Under the pieces are notes generated by a model. That model made no database searches. It saw only the letters and a list, made by a program, of their open reading frames with translations, and was not told the DNA's origin. This document shows positions 32,116 through 46,805 of a stretch of DNA of 64,000 nucleotides, piece by piece (position 1 is the first letter of the stretch; each line of letters opens with the position of its first letter). Made by a program: the position numbers and the translations under genes. Origin of the DNA: Selaginella moellendorffii (lineage: Eukaryota; Plantae; Lycopodiophyta). Location of the stretch: contig NW_003314314.1 of assembly GCF_000143415.4 (NCBI RefSeq), positions 194,318 through 258,317 of the forward strand. The letters run 5' to 3'.

Positions 32116-35100
32116 AGCTTGCCCTTTGCAAAATGCCTTTAATGCCCTAACCCTTACTAAATGTATTTCACATTAATGTATAAATTAGTAATTGCCTAGC
32201 ATATGCTATCCGGTTTGCAAACACTTTATAGTTTTTAAAAATTAAGTTGGAATAGTATCAAAATAGCAATTGTTGTGTTTGAGGAAGTAACTATAAACAT
32301 GGAGGAAACTATCAGAATCCCAGAAGCTATCTATATAACTACAAAATCCCATTACAAACACATAGAATAAACTTTATAAAATCAATTACCTCCTACAATG
32401 CTACAAGACACTTTGGCTGGAAGTGTGTTTATGAATGTCTGGATCTAGCCACATAAAAGTTTGAAAGACAAAGGAAATCAAATCGATGGGATTTTAGTAT
32501 CTTTAGTCACATCAGAAAATGAAATTATTTAGCCAGTTTGAAGAAACATGAACTTTACCTTGGAAGTTACCTGGCTTGCAGATTCTACCAAGGATTGATC
32601 CATCACGAAAACGTTCTGGATGCCATAACACTCCAGTGACCTTAAGGTTGAGAAGAACAGTCAGTCAGCCACTCCTCTTGCTGCCACTCATGCCAATCTT
32701 GAGCTTGAAACCAGCCTTTTGGAGTGGCCCTTTGACGAGCTTGAGCATTGTGGGGAACTAAAACACCATTGACTTGATCGACTTGACACTATTGATTTTC
32801 TCGAGCATAGATATTAGCACATTGATCTTGGTGCTTAGCTTCACCCTTTCACCCATGATGTGTAGAGAATACCCTGGAATCCCGTGAGAGTGTGCTGGTG
32901 GCAATAAAGAGATTGGGGAGCTATGAATCACAGCACTCTAGAAGCAATCCAGCAAGAAAATTGAAGATATGCAAACCTGGCATTTTCAATCCGGTGTCTT
33001 GCACAGTGAAATCATAACCCTAGAGAAGAAGGTGCAGCATGAATCACCACTCTCAAGTGAGTCTCCACTGTAGGATACATTTTGATGGCAGAAGTCAGAG
33101 TGCAGAAGGTTGTGTCAATGCTTTAGAATTTGGTCAACATGAACGATTTCTTCTCTCGGCCCATGCAATTGGCAACCTCCTATTAGCTAAAAGTCAACAT
33201 CAACACAATTATTCTCTAAGACATGGTTATAAAATGACTCTTTAGGATTTGACAATCCAAAAAGTCTGGCAACTTCTTATTATTATAGAATTTTTACTGT
33301 GACTTGGTAGCACCCTATAGAAATATAATTTGTTGTGCCTTGCATGTAGCAACATTTGGTCTGCTTAATAGTAGTGTCATTGCTATTTAGTATTATTGAA
33401 CAATCCAATTGATTAATAATATAATTATGTTTATATTTATAAATCAATATTAACCTTATTGAGAATGAATAAGAATATATTAGGAAGTATTTAGGAAATT
33501 TTATAGATTATAAACATGTTTTATAAAAAATAAATAATACTCATTAAATATTAAAATATCCTAGAATATTTAAGTATATTCTAGGTATATCCACCACCAT
33601 AGACAAAATTCTAAGGTGAAATAGAATACCTTACTTTTGTAGCATCACATCTTTGTGGCTTGATACTAGGCTAGCTTGCTAGCCTCTTGAAGGTAAAGTG
33701 CCTTAGGCTCATAAAAATCAGCTCATAGAATACATCCTAAAAGATGTTTACATTTTCTTGTCTCTCAAATATTTAGACTTTGAGTAAAAACCAACTCTAA
33801 GAACCTGTTCCAGCCTGCCTTAAGAATTCTTCCAACTTGAGAGTTCTTGACTTTGGATCAAACTGACTATAGAGCTAGGTACTAGTATATACTAATGGAG
33901 CTCAAACAACTTTCTAACCTACACTAGCATGAGTTGAGATTGTAGCTGTAGTGATTAAATATTGTTTAACCATTTTTGTAGTGCATGGGATTAGAATATA
34001 CTATCACTGTGAATCTTTAGAATCTTAAGGAATAAATAGGAAAGGATTTGTTATCAAGTAATTATCAAGTAAGGGCTCTTTAATGACTTATAATGCTTTG
34101 ATCTCCAGTAAACATGGTCAACAATATCATGCACCATCTCATGAAACTCCATAAAGAAACTTTATAGAGTCTATTAGAAGTTTGTAGCCCTCAAAAGCTT
34201 AAAGATAAACTTTATTCTTTCTATATCTTCTTTTCCTACTTATTCCATTTTCACAGACTCCCTCAATGATGTTGTTTAAGAAATTTACAAGGTTTTACCA
34301 ACTTCTTCAACTGGATGATGGCTGAAAGATCTAGTGAGAAAATTAAAGTTAATCAAAACTCAGTAGCTAAAACATTTTATCATGTTCTGTTTACCTCACA
34401 TCCCCACTGCTATGGAAGATACAATTCTAACTAGGTAATTTATCTAATGCTTTATTTATTTTAACAAATTCACTAAAATGTATTTACCTTTTAGCTCATG
34501 AGATAACTTCAGGTTTTTTTCCCATATATTGGAGAGTCTTTATGAAATCTATAATCCAGTTGAATTGGCTTTGCCACTTGAGTTCAACCTTGAATTTAGA
34601 CAACTCATGAGACACAATTTTGTCAGTGATAAAACATTGTCAAGGTATGGCATTTTCTTCTGTTTCTTGAGAGTTGGTGAGTTGTGGAGTGGAGAATTGT
34701 CGAGATTCTAGAGAATATTCAAAAGAAGGATATTCTAAGAGTTTGTGACAAGAAGAAAGGAAGTTAAGAGAAGTTAGGAGAATGACAAGTGGAGCTTGGT
34801 GTGAGTTGGAGAGGCAGAACAATGGATTACAGTGTAGAGCCGATGTGGTGATGTGGCATATTCAAGTGCAGTGACATGCAGAGCAAGCAAGGTTTTCTAG
34901 TGAGCAGCAAGTGAGTACAATATGCCTGCACTGTGGGCAAGAGTTGCTTAAGCTGCTAGCCTAAGTCTTAGCTAAATTGTTAGAGGAATAGAAGCTTTTG
35001 TTCCTATGCAGCTCTTGGAGTATGAGTTCAATTGGACTTCTAGTTGTTATGTTTGGTGTGTCAGTCGGGAGCTACGTTCTTGAGCATTGAAGCTGAGCAT

Positions 35101-35370
35101 GGAATGCCAGACTTCAGCTGTAAAGTAGTAGCTTGTGCATGCATGGCCAAAGATGACAACAAGAACAAGTAGAAAAATCCATAGAGGATATTCTTAGAAG
35201 GGAGAAATCAGAAAAATAGATAAAAGACAGAGAAACGAGATTTAAGAAGCACCAGCAAAACAATTCAAAGTCTTCTTCAGAAAAAACACCACAAAAGCCG
35301 ACAGACCGAGGAGGAAGAGTGGGGACCTTATCAAAGTTCACCACAACACCAACAGCATCAATCAATTATC

Positions 35371-37300
35371 ATGATGGCAGTAGTACCACCACCAGCAATT
35401 ACTAGCTGGATGAAGTATCCCACATATGTGATATATGATGATCCCAAAGAGCATGTCACCATATTTGAGAACGTGAGCAAAGCAAATAGTGAGCAAACTT
35501 TGTGGCAGAGACTTTTTCTAGCAACATTGAAGGATGTTCCTGCGGAGTGGTATGCAACAATGGTGCAGCTTTCACTGATTGAGATGATTTGAAGACTGCA
35601 TTTTTAAATGCTTTTAGCCCTACAGGATTCTATCAACGAGTGAGTGACAAGCTCAGTATGATTACCTTGCTGCCAAGAGAACTATTCAGTAGTATGCAAT
35701 GAGATTCTGGCAACTCCTCTCGAAGAAGGATCCAAAACCTGCAAAAGATGATCAGATTTGATATTTTTGGCAAGGCTTACCAGAGAGCACATCCTTCTAT
35801 GTGTGATGCCATGAACCAACTGATCTTGACACAATGATCTTGGCATCACGGTTTGAGCAGGCCAAGTTGCCAAGTCATTCTGGACATGTTCAAGCATCAT
35901 CAGTCTTTGGAGGAATGACTACACAGTTTGTAGGCTTGCTAGATCATACAAATCTAGAAGTCTATCCAGGGGGATTACCTAAAATTTTGAATTCAACAAG
36001 TGTGATAGCTCTAACTTTGATCCCAGTAGTGGCTCAAGTGGCTCCAGTGGCTCCTATGCAATTTCAAGTTCCAGCTCCATCACTAGAGGTGCAAATGAAC
36101 AAGGTTAAAGAAGATTTAGTCGAGGCTCTTACAAAGAAGATGGGGGACTTACAAGTTAATTGGATCAAGGGTGTTTAGAATCCTCCCCAGCCAATGCATG
36201 ATCAATCAAATGTTTGGTGTGTGGAATGCAAGAATTATGTTCACTACCCAAATGATTGTCCAATCCAGAAAGTGAGAGTAAGTTGTCAATTTTGTGGCCA
36301 GACTAACCATGCATCAAAAAATTGTTTTTATCATCCTATGAAAGCACAAGTACAAGCAGTAACTGTCTATCAGTAGCAACAGCTTTATATGCAATGTGTG
36401 CCTCCACCAGTGAGTTTCCCACAATTGCAAGTACCTGTGGTTTCAAGTTATCATGTTCAAATGCAAACTCCATCACCATATTGGCCACAAGTTCCATACC
36501 AAGAGAATACGATGCAACAGTTTGCATCCAGAAGTGTTCCAGTGTATGCTGTAGGAGTTGGAGTGCAATAGTAGCAAGGTGGGATGTGGAAGAGGCCATG
36601 GTAGAGGTCCTCAATGCTACAGATGCTGGGAATTTGGTCATATTCAAGCAGATTGTCCAAATGTAAAGAAGCCAGAATATTACTAGCCAATGTGTGGAGT
36701 GTGTGGGACTGTCCTCACAAGTTGAAGCAGGACTGTGGCAAAAAAATAGTCAATTTGTGAGCTGTGTTTGTTCAAGAAGTAGGCCTAGATCGGACTCATT
36801 ATAAGCTAGGCACAAGACGTGGTCATGGAAAGAAAGATGTGTTTACCTAGATGGTGCAAACTTGACGTGATCAAAATGAGGAGGTTTTTGCAGATCCTGA
36901 AGAGGAGAGTGAAGCAAAGGCGTGAGGCTAAGGAAAAAGAGGTTAGAAATTTTAGGTTGAGTCTTATTTTAGTTTAGGTCAAAAATGGGAAGGAAGATGA
37001 AGTGTGTGCTCCAAATTCAGTGGCAATACTCAAGAATGTAGGTATTCCTTCTCCAACACAGGTGAGTGAGCTCTTTGATCAGTTTAGAGGGAGTAAGAAG
37101 CCACTCAAAGCAGTCAAGAGGCAGAGGTATAGACAAGTCTTGAATCTAGAAGCTGATATTTTAAGGGACCTAGACAATCAAAAACCAACAATTACATTTA
37201 CTCAGTTACTTTAGCTAGCTCTAGTGCTTTGAAGGTTGTTTCTGCTGCAATGCGATCTCAGAGAGAGTTAGTGGTGAACTCAGCATGGCCAATCATAGTA
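35371..37300 (+). pseudogene. Degenerate Gypsy gag with several CCHC knuckles
   Basis: DDPKEHVTIFE...LKDVPAEWY; CVECKNYVHYPNDC, CQFCGQTNHASKNC and CYRCWEFGHIQADC; many stops. Confidence 0.7.
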
Positions 37301-37841
37301 GATATGTCTTCTCCACTAATTCTACATATATAGTTTCTCTAGGATAGTGAGGTTCATGCGTGTTCATGGCAAATTTCTAAAGCCTATCTGTCCACAACAA
37401 AGCAGAGTTGAAGATACATTCTTTGAAATGTCTATTATTCAAACCAAAGACATAATTATAGGTGATTTGGTATGCTTTGTGTTGTTAAACATTTATCAAG
37501 TTAGTAGGAGGTTGCTTACTCCAGGAAAATAGCTCTTTTTTGAGAAAGGAGATATGGTTTTGGCTTGGAAAAGCACTCTAGATCACTCTGACTTAGAATA
37601 GACTTTGGTTCAAAAGGTGGATTGCAGAGATCAATTGGTTGAGCTAGTTTGACTTTGACAATATAAAGGGAATGTAAGGAGACCAAAAGATGGAAATTTC
37701 TTACAGATAAGATGACATTCAATGACATTTAAAATTTGAACTATTAAATATAAATTCATAGAACTTTGATGAAAAATCTCAAAAAGAAGTTGTTCTTCCC
37801 AGGATTTGGCTTTGTGATCATAGCACAGCCTTTAGCAATAT

Positions 37842-38992
37842 AGCTCAGGAACTCAACTCAGGAACATGGTACAAGAACTTGGCTCAGGAATATGAGGAAC
37901 TTGAGGAGGCCATCTTAATCTAGCTATTTAGCTTCATGATAGTATTGTCAAAAGTCTTATCTCAGCTGGGAGGGGAAATGCTTAGTGCTGGATTCTACTA
38001 TGAGTTCTATTTACTATCATTATAAGTTTCAAATCTATAAAACGTACATCTCTTATCACAACTTTGAATCTTTTATTGGTTGTTCAACTTGTATATAGTG
38101 CATGCAACTCTTGATAGAGGTGCATTCTTGAGTAGCTGCAATTTCCAAGATTATTGCTAATCCCCTATTCATGAATCATACTTAGTCTAAAAAAATGAAA
38201 ACCCATGGATATTGTCTTGGTCTCCATCAAGAACACAATCTAGCCCCTTGATAATTATTATTCTGAATTTATTACAAATTTATTATCTAATTTGATAACT
38301 AATCTTTATAAAAGAAGTATTTTAACACTACACTACCTATTGTCATATTGTGAGTGTATGAAATATAGAACATGAATACATAAATGTACATATTCAATTA
38401 GCCTAAAAACCCTCGTTTATATTCAAAAGTGAGTGGTCTAAATTGAAACGAATCTAATAGCTCTCATAATCCTATTATGTTAATAGTATTGTAGACATAC
38501 ACTTGGACCTCACATCATCCCCTCATGTTGGAAAGATGGAAGGCAATAAGAGTCTTTTGGTTGATGGGCTGGGATCTAGAGGAATATCATAAAGTAAAGA
38601 ACCTCATTAAAAAAAGATAAATTTAATTTTGCACCTTGTGGATATTGAATATTAAGTAAAACGTTTATAGATGGTATGAGATCTTTGTCCAAAAAATTCA
38701 CTAATGCTAGAATAATATGCCATTAAAAACATGAGACAAGAGCAAAAAAGGCAAAAGAGCTCAAAAAAAGGGCATCAATATTAGCCAAAGAACTCTCCAA
38801 ATGATGAATAATTTTAAAATTATATATTTGAAGCTTTAGATCCCACTTAATAGTACAACCAATCAAATTCTTCCACTTCAATAATGAAGTGATTGCAATA
38901 TAATCACCCTTTAACAATGTTTAAAAACTATGCAAGCATGCATGAAATTTATTATAGCGAACTTGAATTTGGAACCAAACTCTAAGCCTTTT
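37842..38992 (-). repeat. 1.15-kb direct repeat of about 53550-54672; degenerate Gypsy RNase H/integrase-region remnant
   Basis: Colinear match; DYIAITSLLKWKNLIG...WDLKLQIYNFKIIH...ANIDAL resembles an RNase H C-terminus. Confidence 0.75.
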
Positions 38993-41295
38993 CTACACCT
39001 GATTATAACTGTGGGAATCTTGAGAGATAGAAGAAATATTCCAATTCTTGAAATATTCTAAATGATTATATAAAAGTGGGTGAAATATCAAGGTTCTGCA
39101 CTTTGTGTCTTAAGCTAAAGCATGGAGAGAGAGAGTTTAAGACGTGAGCAAAGCCACGCGAAGAGGAGGATTAAAGTGCCACACCTCAATATAGTGAATC
39201 CAGCATGACACTCACCTTCTTCCTTTCTAGAGCTTTTTTGTTTAATGGAGAGGATTCATGAGATTTGGAGTGAAGATCCTAGAGAGGGATAGACTAAGCG
39301 TAATAAGAGTTACCCCCATAGAGAAGTTTTTGAGTGTGGGAGTGAGATTTCATGTTTTCAGAGTTATGGCATGCAATGAGTTTCCAGTTGGATTTTCTCC
39401 CTTGTCTTTGATCCATTTGAGACACTCCTTCTGTAGGTATGTAGATTTTGAGGTCCTCTTTTCAACAAGTATAGGCAGTTGTGATTTGGTGGAGAGATGA
39501 AGGAATCCTCACAATTTTTCCTTTCAGTTTTCATTCCTCTTCTTACATGCATCTTCTTTTACTCTAAGCTTGAATTTTGGGGAGAGATGGTATCAGTTTG
39601 TTTTATGGGCTCTTAGATCTTGCTAAGAGCTATCCGGGAAGTGATTTCTTGGAGGTCAATTCACTGGAAGCCATGACATGCATATGTTTTTCTTTCTGCA
39701 CATGAACATAACTCGATGTGGAATCTTTGCATGGTGAGAACACTCTCCAATTTGTGCATCTTTGTAAGATCTTTCTTCTGAGTGGTCTTAAGGCATGGAA
39801 AAAGCTGCCCATCATCCAGATTTATGCATTTCCATTTTACTTGTCAATTGCGCTTTAGTTTCTTTCTTCCCTATGCCATAGCAAGTTTTGAGCATCAATT
39901 TCTCGAGTGTTTAAAGTCCATTTTCATTGCCGTTTGTGGCATCATATACGTCTTGCTCTGTTCTTTCTTTTGAGTTATGACTTAAAAATTTGCATGGAGT
40001 TTTGAAACCGGTCCAAGTCATTTTCTCTAACGTGTGTGATAAACAAAGTTGCATGCTTCTCTAGCGTATAAAGTTTTTACCTTTATCACAATCTCTTGCA
40101 TTAGAATTGTAGATGCTTTTGTGAGTTGTCATTCCCAAGTTGAATTATCCAATCCCATAAGATCTTGCTATTTTTCATTAGATTTCATCCTTATTTGAGC
40201 GTGATAATTATTCTTGAAAGTGATTCTCCCATTTTGCACTTGGTTTTTGCAAATCTTTTATGTAAGGATGTAAGTGATTAATTTTTCCATTCTACTATAG
40301 TCACTTAACCACACTTCCGACCACTTGGAGGAGTCTCATTCACAACCTTCATAAATCCAATTCAGGACTTGGGGCTTGCTAACCCCAAGGATGGCATCCA
40401 TGCCACTTAACCTTTGCACTTGGTCTAAGTGCTCCATGTGTCCGATCCCATGACTAACACCCCAAAGTACTACTAATATATCAGCCCATTACGCTAAGGC
40501 TTTGCCTATTCACCTTGATCATACCAGTGGTCTAATACCACTTGCCTCACAATCCCGTCTCTCAAAAACTAGGCCATCCGTCCATGAGTGATCATCCCAA
40601 ATCCACTCCTTAGCATTCTTAGGATGCCTGTAGACATGGGGAATAACCTTCCCCAATATCCCTTTTCTAGTCCCCACCAAGTCCCTTTTTGTCCATGGTT
40701 GTGTTCATCAACACTACCATTGAATCAAGGCCTACAAGCCCAACCACTAAGTCCTTTTGTTCTCTAGTACTCCCTTGTCACGTGACTACATCCTTGGTCA
40801 CTACATTAGAGGATTGCTCCTCTTTCTTTCCACCATCCGGGACTCTTAGGACAACATTTTGGAACACCACGGCCCTATATGAGCCTCGTAAGTACTCTCC
40901 CCACCTTCCACCTTTGGGTGCTCTAGCCATGGGCTTAGAGCGAGATTCCATTGAGCCACACTAGGTATCCAAGTAGGTAGTGCCACCCATGTTTGGATTG
41001 GAAGCATCGACCATTCGATCTCCCGGGGGAACTAGAGTCGGCTCTTGAACACTTCACCAAGCTACCTTGCTTGTCAATCCATATTCACTTTAGCCTTGTA
41101 TTTTCCAGTGGTCATCTTATCACCCAACAGTTGGGTGTGGCCTTCCTAGACCAAACTAACCTTTCTTAGCCCAACTAGCTCCATTGGGATCCAAACCCCA
41201 TATTCTCCCTACTATACTTTTGGAACCCCTTATAGCCCCCCCCCCCCCTGGGGATGATCACTTTGGGCTTTCACCCAACAACTTGTGTATTAGTA

Positions 41296-41630
41296 TTTGG
41301 ATTCGGACTTGGTCTCGGACTCGGACTCGGACTTGGACTTGGACTCGGACTCGGTCTCGGTCTTGGTCTCGGTCTCAGTCTCGGTTCCATCTCGGACTCC
41401 CATCTCGGGTCCATCTCGGACTCTATCTCAAATCTATCTCGGACTCCATTTCGGGTCCATTTTAGACTCCATCTCGGGTCCATCTCAGACTCCACCTTGG
41501 GTCCATCTCAAACTCCATCTCGGGTCCATCTCAGACTCCATCTTAGACTCCATCTTGGACTCTATCTCAGACTCCATCTCAGGTCCATCTCGGGTCCATC
41601 TCGGACTTCATCTTGGGTCCATCTTGGACT
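41296..41630. repeat. 6-bp and 12-bp satellite-like arrays (CTCGGA; CTCCATCTCGGG/AGA) within the LTR; shorter counterpart at about 47060-47222
   Basis: Directly visible. Confidence 0.9.
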
Positions 41631-44600
41631 CCTCCACATGTCATATATTGGTCCTCTTGTATCCCTTTTCTAGAGACTCACTTATTGGTCGCTTCGTGCT
41701 TGTTCTTCGAGCCTTTTGTTGGGAGTTCCACTCCCACTCTTGACCTTTTAAGTCAGAACTTTTAGTCCAAATGTATTACACTCGTTTGGCTTTCGCTTTG
41801 GCCACTACCATGTGGCACCCTTTCGGCTTCACTTTGGGGCTTAGGGATTTTTGTCTCACAACTCCACCACCCCATAGACGAAGTTAGATGTCCTCATCGA
41901 ACGATAAATTATTTTATAAAGTAATACTAGCATGTAACACCCTTTCCATCCTTGGCACCTAGAAAATATTCGTCAATGGTTTGACACCAAAGGCTTACCA
42001 TGCCTTGTCCATCCTTTAAGAAGCATGGTCTCTCCAACTTAGAGACTCATTCAACTATTTGTGGTGGTTTTCTCCTTTTATTGGTTTAGTTTTTGCTAAA
42101 CTTGTTAAAGACACCTTTTTTATCTCATTCCCGCTACTCATTCTCAAGTATTAGTTTCCATTGATATAACCTTTGCATTTTGGAACTTTTATTTTTTATT
42201 TCTCGGAGTCAATTTCCTAGGTGTCTCCGACACCTTGCATTACACATTTGGTGCAACTCCACTTTCCCATCCTAGGAAGTTCTTTACTTGAGGGCACTTT
42301 TCTATTTTGTGCCATATTTAGCACTAAGTTCTAATTATTATAATTTGTGCTAGGGCTGTCCACAGCCCTATTATTTAGCTACCTTACTGCTCCCTCCCTT
42401 AGAGCTTTCACTTTCGCCAAATCAAAGCAATTAAGAATCCATCCTTGGAAACACATTGCCTCCTCGTAATCCGTTAGCATCCAACACATTAGTATTCTTG
42501 GCCTAACTTTGCCATTTGGGTTCTGTCCCATGATTCCCATGGCTCTTTTCTTAGCCATTAATCTTTTGCTCCTATCCATTAATTGTTACTGTCTCTCCTA
42601 AAGATTATTTTCTTTGGACTCACTATGCCATCGTATTGATATAGCTCATTTCCCTTAAGTGTTCTTCCCACTTGGTCACCTTGACTAAGCCACATCATTA
42701 TCATTTGTTTAAATTAATACTTTAAACTAGGAACCTTATTCTTTACCCAAACAAGGACTTTGTCCTTATTTAGCCTCAACATCACCTAATGATTTCATTT
42801 TAGCACCTTAATAAGTTTGCCAATAGGTATTAAGTCTTCCAAACTTTTAAGTTGTTAACCATGACCCCAGGGGCACTTGGTGGTGCACCCAAACCAGCCC
42901 TTCTAGCCAAAGGTCCATAGCAATTAAGACTGGGTGTCCCCATCTCATTCACCATGTTTTTGGTGCCACTTGCACCAAAGTGTTCAAGTTAGATATACCG
43001 AACCACATTAAGCAATTTAACCGTACATCACAACTCCAGAGCATCCCCTGTTTAGCAGTGTGCCCAAGCCAGTTTCCTTCTTGAGAGTCTATGACCACTG
43101 AAAAATGAGTGTTTTCATATTTCAAACCATCACCACGCCCTAGTGAGTTGGGACTCGAACCTACGCACTAAAGGGTTGGGACTCGAACCCAACCTCTGTA
43201 TATGCATCTACGGATGGCATCACTTAGAATGCCTGGCGTGACTCCCCATGCTGGTGCACCAACTTACACTTAAAGCGTGCTACAAATCACAGCTTAGGAA
43301 CCTAGTTCCTCCGCACTGCCAAATCCTCTCACTTGACATGTCTATAATCATGCATATGCTCCTCCATGTTTGGCCTCATGGGCCACCCCTTTTGAAATTA
43401 ACACCTTCAACTAGGGTATTTGTTCCCCCAACTTGCTAATCTTACCTAACAAGCCATCCGACCACTGTAGCATGGTTCATGCACAAGTGTGAAAGTCCTT
43501 AACCATCAACTTTTGTTCAAATCTCTCTCTTTGAACACTCGGGAACTATTTCCCTAACCTTGATAGCCTCGCCTCATAGCAAGCTTCAAGACCACACTTT
43601 TACTGCACCACTCTGATTTCATGTGTTTTATGAACCATTTACACTTGGCTCTCTATGTACTAAGCTACTTAGAATTGTTTTTGGGAACCTTGAAGGGATT
43701 TTATCCCTTAACTTGCTAAGGCTTCTTCTTTCACAAATTTTCTAATTGCCATATGATCTAACATGGATAATTCCATGCTTTAGACTCTCCATGATATCAT
43801 AGTTGCTAGCAACAATATACTTGAGCACCTATTTCATTCTCCACTTTCAATTTACATAACCACCCTTAATTATGCCCGTTAATTCCTTTGGTTTGGTCCT
43901 ATCCCTTTACTACTTGTTTTTTAGCCTCACACATTTCCTTTAGTTATTCTCCTTTAGATTAGTAAGATAGTTTTGCACTTTTTACTATGCCTTAGCAAGT
44001 ATTTATAGGGATGAACCTACCTGATAACCTAGGGAGTGGTTCCTCAATCTGGATATGCTCATCTTATAATCCCACACACTAGGATTAACGTTGCTACTTA
44101 TACGCTTTTATATGCCCATTACTAACCTTGCCAAAATCCCATTCTTAGTTTTGTCCAATTCGGGTAAACGGACTTCTCCCATCTTTGCAACCTTGGACGT
44201 TTGGATAACACCTTCTATCCATTATTCGCTAGGGACTTAATCCTTTAAGCTTTATTTATTACCCTCACAACACCAAATACCACCTTCTAGTGTTCTAAAG
44301 TGCTTGGGTGTCCCAATGATGGCCTCTTTGACAATGAGTATTCCCTTTATGACATTGACTTATTATATTGCAACATAAGCAATTTATCCCCGATAAGGGT
44401 ATATCTAACTTCTTTATCCTAATAAAAAGTTTTAGATAGTTATCTTTTATCAATTTAACCAATTATTTTGCACTTTTTGCTTAGTTACTTCATAGTTGTT
44501 TAGTCGTACAACTCATTGCTAGTGCTTCCACACCTCTATCATTATTTGGGACACCACACTCCAACCACATGCCTTCCAGCTTATGCTATACCATTCCCAT

Positions 44601-46444
44601 TTCTATTAGAATTTCTTTGGGAAGGGGTTCTCATAAACTTGCCAATTTGACCTCAAGGCATCACATTTTGGTACATTCGGTGTCTCCATATCATCAAGTC
44701 TACGAGCTTACATTTATGACACTTCTCACTTGTGTCTAAATCCTTACCAAGACCAATATAATTCCTTCTCATGCCAATTGTTTGTTAGCATTACACCATA
44801 GAGTTTACACACAACTTTGTGTCAAAGTTATTTTCTTCTAAGAACACCTTCCCTATGACTTTAGTATGGCCCATTTTGCCATCAATGAGATACCCATTAT
44901 TATCATATATAGATCTTATGATCCTCCTCATCTTTTGTGGGGCACAACACACCTCAGTCCAAATGTTTTCACCAATCCCTTAGGACCATTCCTTGACTCT
45001 ACTTGAGTCATCCAACATTTTTGGACTTTGCTAATCTAATAACCTATAAAGTTTTATTTTTTGAGGTGCCAACTTGCTAGAATACAACTTCGTGTATTCA
45101 AGTCTTACTCATAAGGACCATTTTTGCAAATGTTACTCAAACACTTGATTATTTTCCATTCTCTGTGGGCTACCTTTACCCCTTAGGACTATCTGTTGAT
45201 ATGATGAGAATACTAACTCATCCTCTGAGCACACCCCGAACTCCTTAGGTTTGTTCCAGCATTTATAAAAAGTAGCTCTGGCTACTATTTCAAGGACTTG
45301 ACCTCTAACGGCTATTAATTCCAGTCTCAAATTCATGAGCACCAGCCTCAATTATATGAGGATAATCTTGTGACTCCTTTATTGTTTTGGAGTCTCTATC
45401 TTTCCTGTGATCCCAACTATAATTGTTTACCACAACTATATTAGCTAATTTGATAAATTAAATGCTTATCTGGATCATATCCTCAACTCTCTGAGAAAAA
45501 CCTTATACTATTCCCAAGATCCCGAAGTCATTCTGTTATTGGCCCTTTTTTATCCACCACCACATATGAACTATAGTGGAGAGCCATGTTTTCCCGACCT
45601 GCTACTCTTCAAGGATAGACCCACTCCTAAGACCTTCCCATGTCAACATTACTGGTGATATATTTGAGCATCAATAAAAGTTAGATTAAGGAACAGCTCT
45701 AATACCAAATTGTAAATAACTAATTTTTCCATTCTACTTTAGTCACTTAACCACACCTCCAACCACTTCAAGGAGTCTCGTTCACAACCTTTATAAGTCC
45801 AATTCAAGACTTAGGCTTGCTAACCCCAAGGATGGCATCCATGCCACTCAACCTTTGCACTTGGTCCAAGTGCTCCACGTGTCCAATCCCATGACCGACA
45901 CCCCAAGGTACCACCAATATATCAGCCCGTTACGCTAAGGCTCTGCCCATTCACTTTAGTCACACCGGTGGTCCAACACCACTTACCTCACAATCCAGTC
46001 TCTTAAAGACTAGGCCATCCATCCAAGAGTGATCATCCCAGATCCACTCCTTAGCATCCTTAGGATGCCCGCAGACATGGGGAATAACTTTCCCCAATAT
46101 CCCTTTTCCAGTCCTTACCAAGTCCTTTTTTGTCCATGGCCGTGTTCGCCAACACTACCACTAGATCAAGGCTTATAGGCTCGACCACTAAGTTCCCTTA
46201 TTCTCTAGGACTCTCTTGTCACGTGATCGCATCCTTGGTCACTACACCAGAGGATTATTCCTTTTCCTTTCCACCATCCGGGACTTTGGGATAACATTTT
46301 GAAACACCACGGCCCTATGTGAGCCTCATGGGTACTCTCCTCACCTTCCACATTTGGGTGCTCTAACCATAGGCTTAGAGTGAGGTTTTGTTGAGCCATG
46401 CCAAGTATCCAAGTAAGTAGTGCCACCCATGTTTGGACTAGGAG

Positions 46445-46805
46445 TGTCAAGACCCTCAACAAGATCAAGACTGGAAAATGTAGAAGACAAAGAAAAAAGT
46501 TAGTGGAGACAAAAAAAAAGCCTTAGACTAGCGTTAATTCAGATTGTGGAGAAATGGAACAAGGCTAACCTATATATACTATAGATTGATAAAGCTCCAC
46601 CACTCTTGGATCGAGGACAGCCTAAATATAATTGAGGTCAAGGAGGCACCATGTCATCATCAGGAGTGTGGTTCGAGAATCAAGAATCATATGGGAAATC
46701 AAAGAGTCAAGAATAGGGAAGTGTCTTGAGAGTCAAGAATGTGGTCTGCAGATTAGGAATCCGGCGAGAGTCAGAAATGTGGCAAGAATTGGGGAATTCT
46801 TGATA
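46445..46805 (-). mobile_element. Solo LTR of the same chromovirus family as 401-6001
   Basis: Reverse-complement similarity to 401-787; flanks AGGAG/GGGAG (TSD with 1 mismatch); absent from the partner LTR at about 41000. Confidence 0.9.

Larger units (their letters stand above)
23700..32340. repeat. Segmental duplication, copy 1 (copy 2 at about 54665-64000)
   Basis: Colinear similarity; near-identical ORFs, e.g. 27948 vs 59592, 30176 vs 61816, 30390 vs 62030. Confidence 0.92.

Noticed and set aside
32450-34600. Possible gene fragments
   Set aside because: Only short ORFs with no identifiable motifs; no call can be supported
43141-43200. tRNA gene
   Set aside because: Only T-arm-like motifs; no D-arm, anticodon arm or acceptor stem found
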